Part shown: positions 45,831-57,100 of the stretch, in pieces
Layout: the number at the start of each line of letters is the position of its first letter
Position numbering within the stretch: the first letter of the stretch is position 1
Virus record (IMG/VR): IMGVR_UViG_3300049783_001607
Direction: 5' to 3' (one strand)
Length of the DNA stretch: 64,000 nucleotides
Source of the DNA: a virus
Notes under the pieces: model-generated
What the model saw: the letters and a program-made list of their open reading frames with translations, nothing else
The model's database searches: none
Told to the model about the DNA's origin: nothing
Made by a program: the position numbers and the translations under genes

Positions 45831-48143
45831 ATGAGCAAAAGAAAGATATCCGGATTAATTAAGTACGGGCAAAGAAGTTATAGTAATAATAATAAAATCC
45901 CTAAATTTCAAGAGGGAGGTTTTGCAGCTGTTTCCAGTGCTTATGATTGGAGAGACGATCCCTATGAATTAATGTTATTAGAACATAAGTCTAGAACTGA
46001 TAATTCGTCTATTAGGGCAAATAGAAATGGAAGAAATGGAAGTAATAGCGGTTCTAGCTCATCTTCTAAATTGCAATCATTTAAACCAATTACCCACGGA
46101 CTACCTGCAGCTGCTATGGAAGGAAGTAAACTGGCTTTTGGTTGGTATAGTGATTACTATAAACAAGTACAGCAGAATGGTCCTGCATGGGCTCGATCCG
46201 ATAAAGGGCAGTATGCTTATCAAAGCGTTATGTTTAAAATTTCTACTTTAGATCATCAACTAAAATTACACGAAGATAATTTTAATAAAGCTTTAGATGC
46301 TATTGATGAAGACGATAGGTCTGCTCTTGCACTTTCGGCATCAGGTAATGTAATGGTTCAAAACATATCTAGTCCAAGAGAGTATAGTAAAATGTCTATA
46401 AAAGATTACATGGGCAGTCTAGATAAATACAGAGCAATTACAATAAATGATTTTGTCGCTTGGAAAAAAGGGGCCGATAAATCTATGAACCCTGCTTTAG
46501 AAGATGAGTTTTTACGTAAAAATCCTGTGGGGAAAACTTCTATATATAAAACATTTATAGAACCTCACGAAGACAATCTTCAATTTAGTATTAAACAAAA
46601 TAAAGTGTTTAAAAACGTTTCGGATAAGCCTAATCAACCTTCTCAACAATTACCTGTAAACTTGTTTAAAGCAGGTCTTGCAAATATGATGAGTAACGGC
46701 ACTATGGAAGCAGTTTCTATGGGCGGAGAAGAAAATAAAACTAAAACGTTTATCGCTGAAGCTGTAAATTCTGTATTTGATGATATAATGAAACATCAAA
46801 GTTCTAACAACTCTAGATTATTAGCATCTCTTAGAGCTGAAGTGCTTCAAGATAGCTTTCATTTAAGTAAGTTATTTAACCTAAAAACTGAAGAAGAGAG
46901 AGCAACGTATTTACATGATAACATCAAAGCGGCGTTAGTTGAAAAAGTAGTTACTAAAGGAAAAGCTAGTTCTAGTTCTGAAACTGAAAATGAACTTGCC
47001 CCAAGTAATCCAAATCCTGCTACTAGTCCTTATGCTGCTAATGTATTAAGATTTGCCCAACCAGATCAGGTAACTACATATAATGGAGGTAGTCACGTAG
47101 AAGTAGAAGGTGAAGATCGTGTTGTTGATTATAAAGCGCCTATGATTGCAAACGTTTTATCAGCTGCTGAGTTAAATGTTACAAGCGATAAAAATGCTAC
47201 TGAGGAAGCGCTTAAAAATAATACTCTTACATATAATAAAGCAATAACTGGAATAGCTTATACAAACAACGAAAATATAACTGCAGAAAACGGTGAAACG
47301 TTAGTTGATTTATTAGGATCTAAACCAGCCGCTGATTTTATTTTAAACTATACAGTAATAACTAGAGGCACGACTGCGTCTATGGTTATGATGCCGTATT
47401 ATGTTACAGGAGATAAAAAAGGCAAAATGGCTGTTAATAAATCGCCTAAATTCAAAGATATTATATTAAGTGTGAAAAAAGCTTTTAAAGATAGCAAAGA
47501 TTCTTCTGATCCTGATATTAAAAATACTCCGGCTAATAAATTATTGCCTGGAAATATAGACCCTAAAACTTCTAAAATTTATAATTCTTATTTATCGTGG
47601 CTTAGTAAAGCCAGTGATTTAGAAAAGCTTGAAAAAATTTATAAGGAAGCTAAACAAGCTGGGAGACCCTATGAAAATTCATACAGTGATTTTCAAGACG
47701 CTTTTGCAGCTAAGGTAGCACTTATGGAAGCAGGTACTCAATCACAGAAATTATTCAATGCGAAAATAATGTTTGAAAAAACGTTAATAGTTAATATTAC
47801 CGCTGATTCAGATACAATAGATATTAAATCAGCGATGGATAAAGCATCTAAAATAAGTGGGTATGGAAAGGCAGGCATGCTTCTTGAAGCAAGTAGCGAT
47901 GAAACAAAATTTATAGAAGGGTTGAGTCAAGACACAACTAATATTCTCCCTGATAAAATTTATACAATGAATATATTTCTGAAAGGTAAACCGTTGTCTT
48001 TAGAAGCTGCAGAAGCTAATCAAAAAATGAAAGATGTTCAACAACTCGGTAAAATAGGATCTCAAATACTAAAGTATATTAACAATTCTTCTTTTGCTAG
48101 CAACCCTAATATGCATAATGCATATATATTAGCCTTACAATAA
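45831..48143 (+). CDS. Cargo/ejection protein
   Basis: N-terminal PKFQEGG motif, upstream of the giant genes. Confidence 0.55.
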   Translation: MSKRKISGLIKYGQRSYSNNNKIPKFQEGGFAAVSSAYDWRDDPYELMLLEHKSRTDNSSIRANRNGRNGSNSGSSSSSKLQSFKPITHGLPAAAMEGSKLAFGWYSDYYKQVQQNGPAWARSDKGQYAYQSVMFKISTLDHQLKLHEDNFNKALDAIDEDDRSALALSASGNVMVQNISSPREYSKMSIKDYMGSLDKYRAITINDFVAWKKGADKSMNPALEDEFLRKNPVGKTSIYKTFIEPHEDNLQFSIKQNKVFKNVSDKPNQPSQQLPVNLFKAGLANMMSNGTMEAVSMGGEENKTKTFIAEAVNSVFDDIMKHQSSNNSRLLASLRAEVLQDSFHLSKLFNLKTEEERATYLHDNIKAALVEKVVTKGKASSSSETENELAPSNPNPATSPYAANVLRFAQPDQVTTYNGGSHVEVEGEDRVVDYKAPMIANVLSAAELNVTSDKNATEEALKNNTLTYNKAITGIAYTNNENITAENGETLVDLLGSKPAADFILNYTVITRGTTASMVMMPYYVTGDKKGKMAVNKSPKFKDIILSVKKAFKDSKDSSDPDIKNTPANKLLPGNIDPKTSKIYNSYLSWLSKASDLEKLEKIYKEAKQAGRPYENSYSDFQDAFAAKVALMEAGTQSQKLFNAKIMFEKTLIVNITADSDTIDIKSAMDKASKISGYGKAGMLLEASSDETKFIEGLSQDTTNILPDKIYTMNIFLKGKPLSLEAAEANQKMKDVQQLGKIGSQILKYINNSSFASNPNMHNAYILALQ

Positions 48144-48145
48144 AT

Positions 48146-51100
48146 ATGATAATGGAAAAAAATATAGAAAAAGATTTAGCGAGTACTGATTCTTATAACG
48201 AAAATCAAGTTGAAAATAAAGTAACTGATCCAGATCCTTCTGAACTTAGTAGAAAAGAGGAATCCAACGATTATTTTGAAACTAGATTAGACTCTCCACA
48301 AATAAGCACAGAAAATTTATTTGAGGTGTACGGCCCAAAAAGTTTTTCTAAATTTAAATCTGCAGACGATTATTGGAATACTGATTATATACAGAAAAAA
48401 TTTACTGATACTTATGGAGTAGAAGGCCGTTATCAATTTGAAAAAGCTTATAATAATTCTAAAAAAGAGTTTTCTAATTTTAAATTGGGAAATTACAAAA
48501 GATCGATGTCGGGGTATGATTTTATTTCAAATGATTTTTCTGATCTTACTTCTACAATATCTACTAGATATAATAACAAATTAGGTAATGTTAAAATAGG
48601 TACTGAGTGGTCAGCTCCTACTACTGATGAAAGAGAGATAAATACACGAATAAGATACAAAGTTATTAATGAAGAAGGTATAGAGGAATTTAAAATTGAA
48701 GATTACTCTGTTGAGTTGTTAGAAAAACTAGAAGAGAAGGATGGTTTTGGTGGTCTAGCTTATTCAGATGCTTTTAGGGGAATTGATCCTACTAAAGGAA
48801 TTGACGGGCTTTATTATAATGCTATTTTTGACGGAAAAGCTCATAATGAAATTACTAATAAATGGGAAGATGTAAGAAATGATCAAGTAGTTTCTAGATG
48901 GGATATTGATACTGGTCTAGGTATGTTTGAAGGACTATTAAAAAATAATAAATTAGAAGCTGATGGTGTATTTGACTATGCTAAAATATTAGTCAAAGCG
49001 CCTATGAATACAGCAATTAATTTATTTGATACTGTAGTACAACTATTTAGAGCTGGTACTGCGTTTAGTTACGGTGTTACTAATATGTTTAGAGGAGACG
49101 ACAAATTAGCTTTAGATTCTAGCGAATTTTATAAGTATTTTACCACATTAGGTATAAAAGCAAAGTCATATAATACCTCTATGAGTAGAGAAGCTATGGA
49201 TGACGGGTTTTTTGGTAGCTTTGAGGCTTTTCTTACTACTGCTGCTGATGTTACTTTGCAAGTAGCTTTGGCCGGTGGTTTAGGTAGAGCTGGTGCAGGA
49301 TTGGCGGGAATAATGCATAGAAAATCAAGTAAACTTGTATTAGAACAAGCGCAACAAAAAGCAGCTGAGATGTTTGTTAGAGGTACGCTTACTGCTATGG
49401 CTTCAAAAGATTCTTATAACGAGGCTTTAGAAAACGGGTATACTACTACAGAAGCTTCTATAATTACAGGAGCCATGGCAGCAGCTCTATGGAAAGCTAC
49501 TAAATATGCTTCGTATCTTTTTGGTAATTACGAAATAAAAGTTATTAATGATCAGATAAAAGACGCTGTAAAAAATACTCAAAAAGGTTTTTTAGAAGAC
49601 GTCCTTAAAAAAATAACAGTTAAAAATTTAGCTGCAAATAAACCAGTAGATGCTGGTAAAGGAATTGCAGCAATAAATTTTGCTACTAGAACTATTGATA
49701 AAATATTTGGTAAAGTACCTAAATTTCTTGATAGTAAAAAATGGTTACACGCAGCTAAACAAGAAGGGTTAGAAGAAATGACAGAAGAGTTATTTCAAGA
49801 TGGTGTAAAGCAAGGTGCTTCGGCTTACGGCGTTTTAATGAACAACGCTAAGAACGCACGAGAAGGAAGATATTTAACAATATTTGATGAGGGTTATTTT
49901 ATAGAGGCTGCAGAAAGGTATGCTACATCCGGGGTAGCTGGATCTATAGGGGGTATCGCAGGTAAGGGTATGCATTACAAAATGGAGCTTAATCCTATAA
50001 CTTCTACAAGTAGTTTAGCTGAAATAGTTTTAGCAGGTCATTCTAATAAGTTAGTTACATTACTTAAAGAAATGAAAGGCGCTGGGGAAATGGGTCCTAC
50101 AGATTTATCTATTAATTACAACAGAGAACTAGGAGCGTTTGAACCTATCTTAGAAGGGTCAGATACAGAAAGCCTTTCTGATATGGTATTTAATACTTAT
50201 TTACATGATATAAATGCAGTACATACTTTTATAAATCAAGGTATGATGGGTAAAGCTAGACAAGCTATTGATGATAATTTAGATGTTATGAAGCAGTTGA
50301 ACGACAACACTATGCTTAAAGATCTAGCTTCATCTATGGGTGAATTAATTAATTTTCATTCTCTTAAAGGAATTTCTACTGGGATATATACGGAACTAGA
50401 TGCTTTAAATGATACTGAATTAGCTAAAAGAATTCCTACTATTATTTCAGATATAAAAGGAGAAAGCGGTAGACTTCAAATAGAATTAGATGAGTTAATT
50501 GCTTCAAAAGAAATTCCGGATAATAATGAAAGTAAGAAACAAAAAGTAACTAAAAAAGATAAATCTGAAGATGCTGTAGAAAGTAAAGCTACTAAAATAG
50601 AAAGATTAAAAGCCGAGATTGCTTTATCAAATACAGTTTCTGAAAATGATCTTAAACAATTATTAAATAGTTATAGAAAAATTCGAGGCATTGCAACGGG
50701 TGCTACTGCAGAGCATTATTTATTACAAAATGAAAATATGAATGATCCTATTATAGGTAGTATATATAATAGAAAAGAAGAATATAAATTTCTTGGTGAT
50801 CAGCCTTTTAAAGATCAACTTTTTAATATGAGAGTTAGAGCTATAAAAGATGAAAAAATTCACGTATTAAAAGAAAAAGTTTCTGAAGAAGTAGAAAAAA
50901 AAGTGTTATCACATAAAAATTTAGAGGACGACTCTATTGATGAATTATTAAAATTATCCGTAGAAAATAAAGGGTCTCTTACAGAAAAAGCGTTAAAGCA
51001 TATCATCAAACTAAGGGATAAATCTAATTTTAAAGAAGCTAACGAGCAATTCGATATTAAAAACGAGGAGAGTATATTTAAAAGAAATGAAGATGGTACT

Positions 51101-54100
51101 GTGTCTGAGAAAGATATAGACGAAGTTTTTGCAGGAATAATGAGTTACAGCAAAGAAAATTGGGAGCTTTTAAAAGACCCTAATTTTTTACTGTGGGTTA
51201 AAAGTAGTGGGCAAGCTAAAAAATTCTTTGCGAAAGCGGCTAAAGGAGTTAATAAAATAAATTCTCCTGTATTTGATATGGATGTAGACGAGGATTCTGG
51301 TATGCCTAGCTATCTTGTAAAACCAGCGACGTACGGCAAAGATTTTATTACTGATACCGAGTCAGTTCTTGAAGGAGATTTAAAAACCACTAATACAGAA
51401 AGAATATCTGAAGCTTTTAGTTTAGTAGGTCAAGAAACTTTAAAATTTAGAAAAGGTACTACTAATGCTGTATTTTCTTTAGGAATAAATGATTTTTATA
51501 TCAGTAATGATTTTAATAGAAGAAGTGTTAATGCTATATTGAATGATTCTATAGGCGCCTCTTATACGGGAGAAACTTTATTAGATAGAGGTCTTTATCA
51601 AGTGACTGATTTATTAGCTAATCATGACAGCGGAAAATTCTATAAACATGATGCTTCTGAGATAAACGATGTACTTTCTAAAATACAAATTAGAAAAGCT
51701 ATAGCTAAAGCTCTTGTAGGTAAAGTAGGAGCAGGAGCTGAGTTTACTCATTTAATCACTATGCTAGCGTCTTTTAGAAGAAATACTTTAGATATAATAG
51801 ATTTTAAGTATGAACCTAATTCTATAGCCGATACAAGAATTGAAGACCATCCTTATAAAGATTATTCTGTAGCCTCAGATTTTTTTACTGACTTTTTATT
51901 CGATCCTTTATTAGTTTTTAATTCTACTCAAATAGATTCTAAACTACATTTAGATTATCATAAAAAAGCAATTAAAGAATTTAGAGAAGCGTTATATTTA
52001 TTAGCTGATGTAGAGTACAAAGACGGCGAGTTATATTCGTTTGATATGGATGAAATAGCTTTAGAAAACTTTTTAAACGCTGAATTTGAAAACTTAGACT
52101 CTAGTCTTCATATAGAAGCAGCAGCTACTTTTTTTAAAAATGAAACTGAGTTTATAAAAGTACCGGGTAACATAATAAAAGGGGGAGATGCTAATGTTGA
52201 AATTACTATAGGGTTTAAAGGAATTGCTAGGCTTAAAATGGCTGAGTGGCTTTTAAATAAAACTAAAGCAATAATTGATACAGTAGATAAAAATACAGGT
52301 AGTGTTCCATATAACGATCAAAAAGATAGGGATATAGTCGAAACTTTTAAAACGTTTAGAGACTTTATAGAAAATGACGAGCTTGGAGTTGTGTATGATT
52401 ATATAATACAAAAAGTACCTGGGTACGAATTAATTATTTCAGAAGTAAACCCTAATAAAATGGAAGTGGGTAAAATGAACATTAAGATAGAAAAAGCTAT
52501 CTATGATCTTTACAATTCTGAAAAACAATTATTTATAGTTAATGAAGTAGATATAAAAACAAGAATAGATGATTATATCAAAGGAAATCTTAATGCTAAT
52601 TATTTAGATTCGCTGGTCAGTACTGATCCTAATGTGGATCAATATAATCCAGCTAGAAGATTAAGTATAATTGTTGGTGCTATATCGACTGATTTTACTT
52701 CTCATTATAAAAAATTAAAGGGGATAATTAAAAATACTGGTATAGAAGCCGAAGATAAAATAGTTACTGCAGACCAAGAATTTTCAGCTAAATATACTGC
52801 TGCTTATATGACTTCTAGATTATTTAGAAGTAAGGTAACGGAATTAACTAATTTAAGAACTAAATATACTTCTGGAGCTATTGAGGCTATTTATATATCA
52901 GGAACGGCCGGATCGGGTAAAACTACTGCTGTTACTAACTTAGGTCTTAAAATAGGTGTTAATATACTTAATGATCGGGAAATATTTAATACTGATATAA
53001 TTCCAGTCTCTAATCACGAAGAGCAAGTTAAAAATCTTGCTAATAATATTGGAACACTAGCAAAAAATCAAAAAGGGCACAACATAGAAGAATTAATTAA
53101 ACTGCTTCGAAAAGCAGTTATTGAAGATGACGAAAAAGCTCTTAAACAACTTTCTACTGTAGGTGCAATTGTTATAGATGAAGTTACTTATGTAGCTGCT
53201 TCTACTATTGGTAAAAACGCCGAGACTGCTCCTCCTTTACAAGAAATAAATGATTTAATAAAAAAAGTAAATCTTAAAAATTCTTCTAATGAACATCCTA
53301 TTGTACTAATTATAATGGGTGATCCAAAGCAAACAGGGTCTAGTGAAGTATCAAAAGGAGGTTATTTATTCTTTTCAGCTATTAAAAAAGCAGCTACTCA
53401 TTATTTACCTTACATGGATTTTTCTTTTAGAACCAGTAATAGCTTTTTAAAAAGTAGTATTGATGTTATAAATGATAGTATTGATTCTTTTGTTAGAGGT
53501 TATTCTAAAGGAGTATTTCAAATGTTTATTAATAAAGGAACTAAATATGGTACTAGCGAAGGGAAATTATACGGTTTAAATATCTCTGATGTAAAAGATA
53601 AAAATTCTAGTGCTTTAATTAGTGAGGAATATATAAATCTTTTAAATGACGGGGAGTTAGCAGCTAATATTGAAGCTAACATTATAAAAGCAGAAAAAGA
53701 AAAAAAAGAAGGTAAAAAAGGGGCTTTTAAAGTTTTAATAGCTCCCGAAAATAAAAATGAATTTATAAATAGCAGTACTATAGGATCTACTAAAATAGGC
53801 CTATTGATGAACAATCCCGAGTATAAAGATTACTTTACATTAATCAAATCTTCTAAAGTAGGTGGAGCAGAAGCTAATTATGTTATAGCAGAGTTCCCTA
53901 AACAAATAACTGCGGATACTCCTGCTAATAACATACTAATAAACACTAGTAAAAATTTTAATACTTTAGTTACTAGGGCTATTGATTACATAGCTGTAGT
54001 AAATAGAGATCCTTCAGTAATTATAAAAGAAAGTAATAAGTCGAAAGAATTTCCTGATGGCACCGTACTTATACCTAATAATGAAATTCAAACTAGCGTT

Positions 54101-57100
54101 AAAAAAATTATTAAACAACGTTACTTAGACATTTTTGCTGATATTAAAGAAGATGAGGTTACCAATGAAACAGAAGAAAAGGTAAAAATTGAAGGTAAAA
54201 TTATTACACCGGTAAAAGATAATATAAAAGAACGGAGTGTTATGATTAAACACTTTTCCACTTCAAAAAATGGTATACTTAATCCTTTAAATATACTTGA
54301 TAAAGCGTATAGAGGAAAAGGTTCTGAAGGAAAAGAAGGTACTGAATTAAATAAACTAGTTAGATTATTAGAAAATCTTCAGGTATTATATTTAAGTGGA
54401 GAAGAATCTAATACAGATCTTCAAGATATAATTAATAATGCAATAACTGAATATGAAAATGCTGGCGGGCTTTTTATAGAAGAATTAAACAATTTATATT
54501 CTTTCATAGATAATAGTTTAATTGATAACAATACTACATTGAATCCTTTATTAGATTTTGCTATAACTTCTTATAGTAATACTAAAGAGTTATTACAACC
54601 TATCTCTACTGAATCAGATGAAGTATTTACTTTATTCGATGTAATTAAATCTGTGACTAATAGTCTTTTAGATCCTGCTAATAAATCTATTGAAAAAAGA
54701 GATGCAATACTTGGCGCACAAGATGTTTCTAAAGATACCTTCATAGAAAAAAGAGATTTGTTATTAAACTCTTTGTTAGACACTAAACTGGAGGACATTA
54801 TGAACGAGTCAAATGAAATAAAAGACTTATTTAATAATTTAATTAACTCTCTTTTGCAATTTGAATTTAATACTTTAGATGGTAAGGTCCCTTTAAATAA
54901 ACCTGAACTAGATACTAGTGTGGTTTTAGGAGAATTAGCCGCGTTTAAAACCGCTGTATATAATAGTAATACATCTCAATTAGATGGTTTATTAAAACAA
55001 TTTAAACTAGCTAATGATGATGACATTACTGTTCCTGGAGTAGCTAATATAATAACAAAATTACTTGATACTTATTCTAGAATTAGTGTATATAAAGCTT
55101 TGTCAGATATTGTAATAATAGTAAAAAAACAGCAAGCTAAAGTTGCTAAAGAAAAAGCTGATGCTAAACTCGAAGAAGAAAAAGGAAAAAAGCCGGTTGA
55201 CGACACTAGTATTAAATATAACAAATTAAAAAATAAATTAGGTATTGATACATCAATTAAAAGTAAGCAAAAAGTATATGATGAAATTTTAAAATTAGAC
55301 TATGCTTTACAACAAAAAATAGCTCTTGGAAAAGGAGACGAAATGCTTTCAGAAATTAATGATCTAATGACTTTTAAAGAGCTGTGGCACACACTGTTTG
55401 ATACTTATACTACTTCTTTTTCAACTGATGTTTATGGAGCAGGATTCTATAATAGATCTTTAGATAGTAAAGAAACATTAGATGATTATATCAAACAGGA
55501 AGACAGCATTAGAGGAGTAGATGAAATGTATTCAATCCCCGTTAGAAAACATAATATTGAAGATATAACTTATTTACAAGAAAAAGGATTAATAGATAAA
55601 TCTTATATAATACTTAGTGAAAAAGAAGCTTTAAATAAAGGGTTTAATTTTTCTGGCGAAGAGACTCAGACATTACCAGATTCTTTAGAAATATTAGTAA
55701 CCTATAAAAATTATAGAAATCATTTAAATGGATTATTAGTAGCTGTTAGAGGAGATGAAAAATTTATAATTTCTCAAGTAGATACTAGTATGTACAATTC
55801 CCCTGAAGGAAATAATAGCGAATCTGTTAAACTAGGCGCTTCTAAGTTGGCTGCTTTCATTATGAAATTAGAAAAAGTAGTAAAGCATGAAACTGCGTTT
55901 AAATCATCGGAATATTCTATTATTACTATACCTCTTAAAGGAGATATTAAAAATTTAGTTAGAAGTAGAGCTGGTAAAATATTGCCTAGTGATAGAGGTA
56001 CTCTTGGCAAATCTGTAAACAAGCTTATTGAAGAAGGCGTTAATATTGCAGACGTTACTTTTGCATTTACTGAAAAAGATGATACTAAAGGATCTTCAAT
56101 CAGTAATAAAGATATAGGTAATGTTAGAGGTGAATTATTTACATTCTATTCTTTAGATAATAACTCTCCTATAGACGTTAAAAAAGTTACTAACGCAACA
56201 AAGGGAGGCGTTAAACTAGGGGATAATAGGCATATTATAAATGAAGGGACAGGTATTAATGTTCAATTAGGTTTGTTACCGCTTAAAATAGCTAATGATA
56301 TGGTTATGCTAGCGGATGTTTTAAGCAATCATCCTACTATTCTTATAGGAGAACATCCGTCTAGATTTTCTATGGCTCTACAAACTTATATAATTGAATA
56401 CGTTAAAAATATAGCTATTGGTTCTGAGGTGTCTTCTGATAATTCTAGTTTCAAAAATGAAATTAAATTAAGTATAGGAGGCAGAAAAAATATTTTGTTT
56501 ACTCCAAAACACTTAAGTATTTTTACTGAAATGGAAGATTCTTTAGAAAGCTATTACAGCGCTAAAAATATAAATAACAATGGTCAAGGTGATTCTATAA
56601 GAAAAGAAACTAAAAAAGCTTTAGATAAAATGAAAGGTGATAATACTCTACATATGTTAGATAGTTTAGCTGTAGGATATATACATTCTATTATTACACC
56701 TAAAGAATCTAATATAGAAGCTTCTCATTTACTTAGAAAATATTCTACCGGTGTTTATACATTCAACATAAATAAGTTTTTAAAAGTTGCCAATACTAAA
56801 ACATTAGAGTATCTTACGGAGCTGGCTGATTTAGCTAGTTATAGTATAAAACCTAGCGTAGAAGCAGGACAAAATATGTATTCTTCAACTGTAAATAAAG
56901 GATTTATTGACGCTATAAAACCTCTTTTATATACGAGAATAGAAGGAGTAGAAGCTCCTGGAATTGTTATAACTTCTGGTGGTATGGGCGCTTTTGATAG
57001 AGCGGTAGAAGCTCTTGATATAGTTGAAATTACAGACGAGTATAAAAATAGACTTGTTGAAGCATTAAATGTGGCTGATAGTTATGTGTCTCAAAATAAT

